From Octopus sinensis (Eukaryota), in assembly GCF_006345805.1 (NCBI RefSeq), contig NW_021834197.1, forward strand, positions 1 through 50,711: a stretch of DNA of 50,711 nucleotides, written 5' to 3'. Each line of letters opens with the position of its first letter. Within the stretch, counting starts at the first letter, position 1. This document shows positions 23,818 to 33,761 of this stretch, one piece after another. The notes beneath the pieces were generated by a model. It did not search any database. It saw only the letters and a list, made by a program, of their open reading frames with translations, and had not been told where the DNA came from. Both the position numbers and the translations under genes were made by a program.

Positions 23818-23900
23818 CATAAGCTAATGAGGGGTTTTTCTACATGGTAGCTAGGCCTGGTTGAAATAGCAGCCATGTAGAGGTCTCCTTCATTGGCTGG
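23030..23900. repeat. Tandem array of the same ~105-bp unit as 16507-17070, in reverse orientation (about 8 units)
   Basis: Recurring TAGAAATAGCAGCCAAATCTCCCTCAAAT(C/T)ACACC...GAGCCAATGAGGGAGACCTCTACATGG. Confidence 0.92.
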
Positions 23901-24390
23901 GATTTTCTTTGTTAAAGAAGGGTATTTAGAAAATCACCTAATTTAATTTTAGGTATATAAGACTCGAAAGGAGAGGAAAAAAAGTGGAACGGTCACGGCT
24001 AGAGCGCTTCTTTAATCAAGCTATGCTGGTGCCAAACAACTGCAGCGGCATCCAGCAATGATGTCATATAACATTAGATATTAAAATCTTAAAATAGATA
24101 ACCCCCCCTCCCCATCTCTGTGTAAGACGGAGCAACTAGGTACGACTTTCATTCACGTCATTCACACACCAACGCCTGTTTTTCCTGTTTTAAGAAGTAC
24201 ACTTTAGATTGATCTCTCGCTCTCTCTCCTTGGCATAAGCTGTTTGGAAACGGAAAACATATGTGCAACTGCAGATAGGTGTGTGTGTGGAAGTTGTATG
24301 TTTGAAATAATGACCTGCAAAACTAAATGCACTTGAGAGGAACGACTGAGATATGTACGGTGGAGAGCAAGTAACGAGGTGGCTTTTTAA

Positions 24391-24710
24391 CCCTTTAGTG
24401 TTCAGATTACTCTGTTAAATGTAATACTTTTTCACTCAAATTGAGTGTTCAGATTAGTGTTCAGATTTAGTGTTCAGATTACTCTGTTAAATGTAATACT
24501 TTTTCACTCAAATTGAGTGTTCAGATTAGTGTTCAGATTTAGTGTTCAGATTACTCTGTTAAATGTAATACTTTTTCACTCAAATTGTTTTGAATTAATC
24601 CTGGATCATCTTACAGCTTTGAGGTTTCAATGATCTGATTACTTATTTTTAGAATGGCATTGTAGGTTAGGTGTGAGAGGATAGACATCGCCAGTTTAAA
24701 CACTAAAGGG
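24391..24710. mobile_element. piggyBac-like MITE with internal tandem expansion
   Basis: TTAA at 24387-24390 and 24711-24714. Perfect 12-bp TIR CCCTTTAGTGTT / AACACTAAAGGG. CCC...GGG ends with TTAA are the piggyBac signature. Confidence 0.85.
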
Positions 24711-24799
24711 TTAAGTATATGGATAGTTGTCTTGGTGGCTTGGCAAGCGGGTAGCTAGATCGGTAGCTGGGTAGCTTGGTAAGTACATGGGTAGGTAGA

Positions 24800-25125
24800 T
24801 ATGTTTCTTTATTAGCCACACAGGGCTGCACGCAGACGGGACAAATTACAAGGTAGAGCTTTTCTTTTGGGAATAAAAAAGGGGGTTTGGTTTTCGATCA
24901 AAAGGGATCGTAAAAGGAAAGAAAGTGGAAAGCAAAAAAAAAAAGAGGGGGGATAAAAATAAAAGGAAAAGGGGAAAAAATGGATCAATAAGGATCGTTA
25001 TCACAGAAATGTCAATATAAAGTGTAAAGGAGAGGAGAGGTGAGGTTTACCCGTGGAAAGAAAAGCCCACGGAAAAGACCACGGTAACCTCGGTCAATGA
25101 AGTCACATGTTATTATTATTATTTT
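24800..25125 (-). mobile_element. Probable LINE 3' end sharing its tail with SINE-B
   Basis: The reverse complement ends CCTTGTAATTTGTCCCGTCTGCGTGCAGCCCTGTGTGGCTAATAAAGAAA. The SINE-B tail is CCTTGTTTGTCCCCTCTGTGTTTAGCCCCTTGTGGGCAATAAAGAAA. The upstream part is unrelated to SINE-B. Confidence 0.5.
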
Positions 25126-25721
25126 TTGCAAATAAGCAACTCTGTATTAATTTTTACGGTTCATAGGATCATAATCAAGGGGGCTTCGTCAGATAGATGG
25201 TTTGGTAAATAGATGGGTACATGACTAGTTGTCTTATGAATTAGTTTGGTACATTGGTAGCTGGGCAGTTTGGATACCAAGGTGGCTTGGTACAGAGATG
25301 AGTTGTTGGCTAAGCGACTTGGTGAGCAGGTGGGTTGGTGGCTAGGTTTCTTGGTCAATAGATGGGTAGACATCTTGATGGTTTGGTCGGTAGGTAGGTA
25401 AATTGCTTGGTAAATAGATGGACGGCTCGTTATCTAGCTAGCTTGTTGAGTTAGAGGTTAATCAGAGAGATAGGTAACTTGATGGATGCATGGAGTGGTA
25501 GCTAGGTGGGTAAGTAGATGATCAGTTAATTATGATTTTATTCAACATATCCTCCTCCAAGATTCTTACATTTATTGCAGCGGCCCCCTTCAATTTTTCT
25601 AAGCCCTTGTAAAAGAATTTGGAAGGTTGGGCTTCCAACCAGGTCTTTCGCGACACCCTTAAAGCCAGGAACCGTAGATAGATAGGTAGATGGATGGATG
25701 GATAGATATATAGATATATAT

Positions 25722-25915
25722 TTCTTTATTGCCCACAAGGGGCTAAACATAGAGGGGACAAACAAGGACAGACAAAGGGATTAAGTCGATTACATCGACC
25801 CCCTACCCAGTGCGAAACTGGTACTTTATTTATCGACCCCGAAAGGATGAAAGGTAAAGTCGACCTCGGCGGAATTTGAACTCAGAACGTAACGACAGAC
25901 GAAATACCGCTAAGA
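25722..25915 (-). mobile_element. SINE-B, head truncated
   Basis: Matches the family B body and tail. Confidence 0.88.
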
Positions 25916-26295
25916 TATATAGATAGATAGATACGGACGGACATTAAGAGAGCTGTAGGCGACTAAGGATTAAGGTTTAAATATTTTAAAATTCATTCTT
26001 AGATATATATCTTGACCGGACATAGCTTTTTTTATAACTCGTCATCTCCTGAAATTAGATAGATGTAGATAAGTAGTTAAGTGGTATGTAAGAGAGAGAA
26101 AACGGACTTTCGTAGAATTCCTGTCTGCCAAAATTCCATTCACAAAGTATTAGTCATCTCGAGACTGTAATCAGAGAAAGAACACTTGCCCCTCCACCAA
26201 CCCACCCAAGACTGCGCTCAAGGATCGCTTGAACCCGGCACCATTTTGTCGTGAATCAAGCTTCTTAACGACGTGTCCAGTTTGTCATTGGCTCC

Positions 26296-26337
<42 letters not shown>

Positions 26338-26499
26338 GTGTGTGTGTGTGTGGTGCCGAGGCGTGCGCCGGTCACACGTCTGACGCGAGCCGACACCGCG
26401 TCTACGTTTATCTGCTGACCCAGTTTCGAAACAGCAGCTGGCAAGACGTAGGATGCGTCATAGGTTAGGATGTGTGGCGGGGTGGATGGTTGAGGTAAG

Positions 26500-27370
26500 G
26501 TAAGATGGCTAGAAAAAGAAAGGTAGGTAGGTAGATAGATGTAGGCAGAGAGAAATAAATTGATAGATTGATAAAAGAAATAGGTAGTTATAGAGGTAGA
26601 TAGGTAAGTAGGTAGGTAGATAGATAGATAGACAGAGGTACAGAGAAAGATGGATAGATAGATAGAGGGTAGAGAGAAATAGGTAGATAGATAGATTGAG
26701 GGTAGAGGGAAATAGATAGATAAGCAGATAGAGAGAGAGGCATAGACAGAGGTACAGAGAAAGATGGATGGATAGATAGATAGAGGGTAGAGAGAAATAG
26801 GTAGATAGATAGATTGAGGGTAGAGGGAAATAGATAGATAGACAGATAGAGAGAGAGAGAGAGAGGCATAGACAGAGGTACAGAGAAAGATGGATAGATA
26901 GATAGAGGGTAGAGAGAAAGATGGATAGATAGATTGATAGAGGGTAGAGAGAAATAGATAGATAGATAGATAGATATGTGTGCATATATGAGAGAGAGAG
27001 AGAGAAATAGATAGATAGATAGATGGAGGGTAGAGAGAAATAGGTAGATAGATAGATTGATAGAGGGTAGAGAGAAATAGATAGAGGGTAGAGATAGATA
27101 GATAGAGGGTAGAGAGAAATAGATAGAGGGTAGAGAGAAATAGATAGATAGAGGGTAGAGAGAAATAGATAGATAGATAGAGGGTAGAGATAGATAGATA
27201 GAGGGTAGAGAGAAATAGATAGATAGAGGGTAGAGAGAAATAGATAGATAGATAGAGGGTAGAGAGAAGTAGGTAGAGAGAAATAGATTGATAGAGGGTA
27301 GAGAGAAATAGGTAGATAGATAGAGGGTAGAGAGAAATAGATAGATAGTGGGTGGAGAGGGATAGACATG
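26500..27370. repeat. (GATA)n/(GA)n compound minisatellite (GAGGGTAGAGAGAAATAGATAGATA-like units)
   Basis: Read directly from the sequence. Confidence 0.92.
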
Positions 27371-28190
27371 TAGTTAGGGTACCTATCTTAAGTTTTTTTC
27401 CATTGTTTAACCGTGGGTCACTTTTGATCACGTAAATCTGAGCTACCGTAACCGAACGTTTCAATGTGTCCATGTTTTGGGGGTTTATTTCTTATTTTTA
27501 TTTATATTTCATTACATTTAGGATGTAATTTGAGGAGGGAATGGTAATTGCTATTTCTAGCTAAGTCGGTCGTGAAACCAGGTAGAGGCGGGGGCTGCTT
27601 AGGTTTTGCGTATGTATGTGTGTGTAATTATGTATTTTTGCATTTGTATGAGCTGTGTATATATGCATGTATAGATGTGTGTAAATGTATATGTATACGT
27701 GTAAACGTGTATATATTTATATTCATGTTCGTGCATATGTCCGTCTGTCTACCTGTCTCTCTGTCTATGTATATACACGCACACGTAATTAATTGATTTT
27801 GTCGAGCTTAATAAAAGCAATTTAACATAAAACTGAATGATCATTCGATACTTTTTGTTGAGTACATATCTATTATATACCTTTACAAGGATTGTGTTGA
27901 CGGAGACTTAATCAGAAACCTGGAAAGTCCTTGAGACCGAAGGTTCCAGAAAATCGATGTAATTCCCGTGTGTATGCGCGGGCGCGCATGTGTTCATAGC
28001 TGTTTATTCATCAAACAGGATAATCTAAGTGTATATAATATATAAAACGACACAAATTCATAAACTAGAATGTTTGTATAACTTTATTGTATCTACGAAG
28101 CAATACCAGATACTCAATGACCAAGATATTCGTACAAATGTATTTGTGAAACAACACACATATAATATAATCTTCCGTTTCTATTTGCAG

Positions 28191-28370
28191 GGGGTTTACG
28201 GGAATTCAAGTCAAAACACGAAAATCTATGCGACAATTTACTATGGATGCCGTCAGAATGTCGTTTGTTATCGTCAGAGTGTCGTATAGTACACAGTCCT
28301 TTGACGCCATTAGTTGAACATCAAATCGAAGCAGCCGAGGTTTCACGAATATTGCCTTTTCTCTATTTAG
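28191..28370 (+). CDS. DUSP10: DUSP10 coding exon 2 (180 nt, phase 1-1): end of rhodanese domain, linker, start of catalytic domain
   Basis: Acceptor TTTGCAG| at 28190 and donor TTAG|GTGAGA at 28370. Reads (G)GLREFKSKHENLCDN...IEAAEVSRILPFLYL(G), in frame with exon 1. Human DUSP10 has LKGGLSSFKQNHENLCDN...IENAELTPILPFLFLG. Not in the ORF track because it has no in-frame start long enough. Confidence 0.95.
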
Positions 28371-29565
28371 GTGAGAACCGTTTTTTATAATCATTTAGAA
28401 TATTATCATTCACCATCCATTGTTTGTCATCAATCATCAATCAAATTTTAGACCTAATTTTGTGTTTCGTTTTGAGATTTTTCCCTTCTCCACCCCGTCC
28501 TTGCTTGGTTTGGACGATGTCTTGCCTCTCCAGCACTGCCGCCATGTTGTTGTCTTTTGTGACTATCGTCACTATCATTTCTCCATGCCTTCCTCTGCCA
28601 TATATATGGCCCATCTTTTATTCAGATATTGTGTATCTAGGACTACATCATCTAATGTGCCCTTGCTATTGTTTAGCTCCAAATTAATCCTGATCTTGTA
28701 CGCCAATTATGAAAATTACTCCAGCTGTTAGCTTCCTGTCTTTTATTTAGATATGGTGTACCTAGCACAACCTTATCTTTCCTCCCTATTGTAAGACTCC
28801 TGTTCAGCCTTGATCCAATACACCAGTGATCAATGGACAATCCAGCTGACACCATGTTTTTTCTTCATTCGGTCATAGTGTATCTAGGACTACATTATCT
28901 AATATGTTCTTTGTTCTTCAACCCCTAGTTTGAGGGTTATGTCATCTAATATGTCCTGGTTGATACTTTTTAGCAAGTAGAACAAACCACATGGGACCTT
29001 CCTTAATTTCGTTGGGCAGTGGTTCTAAATAGGGAGATTACAGTCTTGAGATGACTAATATATCGTGAATGGAATTTTGGCAGACAGGAATTCTATGAAA
29101 GTCCGTTTTCTCTCTCTTACATACCACTTAGCTACTTATCTACAAACCACATCGGGCCTTCCTTAATTTTATTGGGCAGTGATTCTAAATAGTGGGGGAT
29201 ACAATGTTTTCAGGGTCTACATGAATAAAAGGGGACATTTGTAAGGTCACTAAAGTTTCTGAGGAGACCACAGATGTTTTTTTAGGGGTCACGCACAACT
29301 TTAACTGCCAGACAAGCATACAATCACCTTTTAAAGTGTCATACAAATAAAATGGGATGTTTGTAGTGTCACTGACGTTTTATTTCTCTGGGGTTCATGT
29401 TTCAGAGGAGAACGCAGAAGTTTTTGAAGGGGTCATAGACAGCTTTAACTTCTAGATCGACAGCATCAATCTTTATAGGGTTCACATTGTCAGAACTTTC
29501 AATTTAAAACAAAAATCTAGGCCTTGTACCTATAGTAAAAAGGATTGTTATTATTATTATTATTA

Positions 29566-30164
29566 AGGTGCTGGAGAAAAGAATTCAAGCATTTCATCTG
29601 TCTTTATGTTCTGAATTCAAATTCCACCGAGGTTGACTTTGCCTTTCATCCTTTTCGGGCTCAATAAAATAAGGACCAGTTGAGCACTGGGAGTCAATGT
29701 AATCAATTTAACCCAACTCCCCTGAAATTGCAGTCCTTGTCCCAAAATTGGAAATATTATCATTATTAACAAGGTGGTGAGCTGGCAGAACCGTTAGCAC
29801 ACTGGGCGAAATACTTAGCGGTATTTCACTCGTCGCTCTGTTCAACTTTGCGTTCGTCCATTTGGAGTCGATAAATTAAGTAAGTACCAGTTGAGTACTA
29901 GAGTCAATTCAACTGACCAGTCGCCTCCCAACCAAATTTCAGGCCTTGTGCCTTTAGTAGAAAGGATTATTATTATTATTGCATTTTATCTATCATCTAT
30001 CTTTACATTCTGAGTTCAAATTCCACCATGCCCCACCATGCTCAGTTTTGCCTTTCGTCTTTTCGGGGTCGATAAATTAAGTACCAGTTGAGTTCTGGGG
30101 TCAATGTAATCGACTTACCTCCTCCCCAAAATTGCTGCCCTCGTGGCAAAATTTGTAACCATTA

Positions 30165-30208
<44 letters not shown>
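29566..30208 (+). mobile_element. Three stacked degenerate SINE-B-related copies, each ending in an (ATT)n tail
   Basis: Copies at about 29566-29770, 29771-29980 and 29981-30208, sharing the GTCGATAAATTAAGTACCAG-like core. Confidence 0.75.
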
Positions 30209-30212
30209 TCAG

Positions 30213-30398
30213 GTAACGAGCGAGATGCTGGTAATTTACAAATTCTGAAAGAGTTAGATATAACTTATATTTTAAATGTCACGTCACATGTTCGACCCCA
30301 TTTCGAGAGTCAAGGCATTCATTACAAAACGATACCAGTAACGGACAGCGGTCACCAAAATCTACGGAAGTACTTTGATGATGCCATAGAATATATAG
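30213..30398 (+). CDS. DUSP10: DUSP10 coding exon 3 (186 nt, phase 1-1): DSP catalytic domain N-half with general-acid Asp
   Basis: Acceptor TTTCAG| at 30212 and donor ATAG|GTAAAT at 30398. Reads (G)NERDAGNLQILKELDITYILNVTSHVRPHFESQGIHYKTIPVTDSGHQNLRKYFDDAIEYI. Asp284 lies in PVTDS. Confidence 0.95.
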
Positions 30399-30777
30399 GT
30401 AAATATCAATCTATTTGTATGTCTGTAACCATCTGTGCATCATACTTGATTACATACATGTTTGAAAGGCAAATTTATTGTGATATTTGTCCAGAAATAA
30501 CATCTCTTATGGGTGTTCTGTGTTGAAAAGCACAATGTATATTGTGGGCAGATGAAAATTTTCTCACTTGCTGTTGCTGGGGCGATTTTTGACCCCTTTC
30601 ATATATATATTGTGTTTTTAGGCACAGCATGTTCACGAGATGTTATCTCTGGACAAGTGGTGCTGTAAATTTGCCTTTCAACTGTGTATTTATGTAAAGT
30701 TGATACATACGTAGATGGCTGTTTTCACCTAATGCTCCTTTTATTATGCATAACTAATCTATCTATGAAATATAAGT

Positions 30778-31160
30778 GTAAGAGTGACTGTGTGGTAAGA
30801 AGCTTGCTTCCCAACCACATGATTCCGGGTTCAGTCCCACTGCATGGCACCTTGGGCAAGTGTCGTCTACTATAGCCTCAGGCTGACAAAAACCTTGTGT
30901 GTTTGGTAGACAGAAACTGAAAGAAGCCCATCATACATGTATGTGTGTGTGCGCACACGCACATCTGTATTTGTGCCCCCATCACTGCTTGGCAACATAT
31001 GTTGGTATGTTTACATCCCTGTGACTTAGCGGTTCAGCAAAAGACAATGACAATAAGTACTAGGCTTTAAAAATAGGTTCTGGGGTTGATTTGTTTGACT
31101 AAAATTCTTCAAGGTGGCGCCTCCAGCATGAGGTCACAGTCAAATGAATGAAATAAATAA
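30778..31160 (+). mobile_element. Degenerate SINE-A
   Basis: Head, CCTTGGGCAAG and tail are recognisable. Confidence 0.75.
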
Positions 31161-32121
31161 GATATATGACTCCACTTCTTAATGTGTGTGTGTGTGTGTG
31201 TATATATATAAATATATATATATATATATGGTCCAGGGGGAAATGTTTTGAGAAGTAGGAAGGCATTCCGCATGAAATAAGGTTTTACATATGCAATGAT
31301 AATGAGCTGAGAACTGATTATCCTTGCAATTAGTAGGTACATACTCCCTCCATGGGTGTTTAAAATCTCAAAACAAACAACAACCAAAGAGATAAATGCT
31401 CAACAGTCAGTTGAAATGTTTGGACTATATATATATATGTATATATATGTATATATATAACAATGTAGACTGGAGTGGGTCAAATGAAAGGAAAGCAACT
31501 GGATGTGTTTCAGCCTTGTTATAACTCATCAGTGAAATCTATTTGGTCTCAGTTTGCAGTACTGACAGTAATCAGTGCACACACACACGTGTGTGTATAC
31601 ATGTGCATGAATATATATGTGTATTTATTAATATGCATACGTGTGTGTGTGTATATATATGCATACGTGTATATATATGCATACGTGTATATATATGCAT
31701 ACGTGTATATATATGCATACATGTATATATATATATGCATACGTGTATATATGTATATGTGCATGTGTGTATATATGCATATATTGCATGTGTGTATATA
31801 TATATATGCATACGTATATGTATATATGTGCTTGTGTGTATATATATATATATATATTTGTGCATGTGTGTATATGCATGTGTATATATGTGCATGTGTG
31901 TGTGTGTATCATCATCATCATCATCATCGTTTAACGTCCGCTTTCCATGCTAGCATGGGTTGGACGCTTCAACTGGGGTCTGTGTATATATATATATGCA
32001 TGTGTATATGTGTGTGTGTGCATGCATGCATATATACGTCGCGTGCACACCTTTATTTTTTCATTTCCAGCTTCTAGAATTTTTCTTTTCATATTTATTC
32101 CTCTATTCTTCATACTTTCTT

Positions 32122-32144
32122 CGTCTTTTCTTTGTCTCCCTCTT

Positions 32145-32176
<32 letters not shown>

Positions 32177-32535
32177 TTCTCATCACTGATTGACGTACAC
32201 ACACATACACACACACACACACACATACACATACGTACGCGCGCACACTCACGCACGCCCAGACGGACGCACGCATGCGAGCTCGCACTCTCACTCTCAC
32301 TCACGGGCTTTAACGTTCGCTTCACTCAACAGCCCCGTCTTTTCTTTGTCTCCCTCTCTCCCCCTCTCTCTTTCTTATCACTGATGGACGTACACACACA
32401 CACACACACCACACACACACACAGACACACACACGTACGCACGCCCAGACGGACGGACGCACGCACGCACGCGAGCTCGCACTCTCACTCTCACTCAACG
32501 GGCTTTAAAACGTTCGCTTCACTCAAACATCCCCC
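32122..32535. repeat. Tandem duplication of a ~210-bp CT/CA/CpG-rich unit
   Basis: Units start at about 32122 and 32336. Confidence 0.85.
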
Positions 32536-32911
32536 GAACACACAGACACACAACACAACTCACAACACGCTTCGACTCCGACTCCGACTGCTGAAAGCCG
32601 AAGCGGCGGCGGCGGTGGGAGGAGGAGGAGGAGGAGGGAAAGTGAGGGAGAAGGAAAGCAAACAACCAAATCGGCTGGAAAAACAGAGGACGTTCACCTT
32701 GTACTAATAGGCATAGCGTAGTGGCGGTGGCGGTGGTGGCGGTGGGAGTACTAGAAATGGTAGTGGTGATGGTGTGAGGGGGGGGGTAAGTGAAGTCAGT
32801 CGCTGCTGCTGATGCCGCCGTCGCTGAGAGAACTTTTCTGACTTAATGACTCATCGACGCATGCACCCCCCCCCCTCGCCATCTCCTTTTTCTCTCCGTT
32901 AGTAAAGCATA

Positions 32912-33332
32912 TACTCTTTTACTCTTTTACTTGTATCAGTCATTTGACTGCGGCCATGCTGGAGCACCGCCTTTTTTAATCGAGCAAATCGACCCCGGGA
33001 CTTATTCTTTTTGTAAGCCCAGTACTTATTCTATCGGTCTACTTTTGCCGAACCGCTAAGTAACGGGGACGCAAACACACCAGCATCGGTTGTCAAGCAA
33101 TGCTAGGGGGACAAACACAGACACACAAACATATACACACACATACACATATATATATACATATACACGACAGGCTTCTTTCAGTTTCCGTCTACCAAAT
33201 CCACTCACAAGGCATTGGTCGGCCAGGGGCTATAGTAGAAGACACTTGCCCAAGATGCCACGCAGTGGGACTGAACCCGGAACCATGTGGTTGGTAAGCA
33301 AGCTACTTACCACACAGCCACTCCTGCGCCTA
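32912..33332 (-). mobile_element. SINE-A full length
   Basis: Matches the family consensus. Confidence 0.9.
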
Positions 33333-33347
33333 TATAGAATTTTATTC

Positions 33348-33761
33348 GGATCTTTTCGGTTTGAACGGCAGTTTTTTAAAATAATTTCCACGTAACCAAA
33401 CACTTTTAAACTTAGTATACTGGTAGAATGTGTTTATAAAACATCTTTTTTCTCTTGGCTTTATTGAGGAAATTCTATAGTTTGTAAGATATTTGTTGTT
33501 TTTTTCTTCAATTTCTGCAATTTCAACCAACCAATGACGTCTATTGAGGTAAAAAAAAAACATTCTGTGCCGTATGAATATGTCCCTCGTTTAAGAAACA
33601 GATTGGGTTTATTTACATTTGTGAAGAAAAAAGATACCCTTCCCCCACCCCTAACCCTAACATAGATTGAAATGCAATAGATCGATACTAGGGTCATAAT
33701 TATGGGTAACAATTTCATATGACACCGCTAGAAAAAACTGCCAGTCAAACCGAAAAGATCC
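33348..33761. mobile_element. Unclassified MITE with 30-bp TIRs
   Basis: GGATCTTTTCGGTTTGAACGGCAGTTTTTT ... AAAAAACTGCCAGTCAAACCGAAAAGATCC (28/30 complementary). No clear TSD. Confidence 0.75.

Noticed and set aside
29176-29480. Possible hAT-derived remnant (CAGTG(G/A)TTCT start, internal duplication)
   Set aside because: No matching second TIR or 8-bp TSD was found, so it is too weak to annotate.
31110-31122. AGGTGGCGC partial CTCF-like core
   Set aside because: It lacks the 5' CC..Y half and derives from a mutated SINE-A tail.
31490-31540. Minus-strand CUGAUGAG...CUGAAAC hammerhead-like words
   Set aside because: Stems I and II do not pair convincingly.
33531-33541. CCAATGACGT (CCAAT plus CRE half-site)
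   Set aside because: It lies inside a MITE and is a single weak motif with no supporting cluster.
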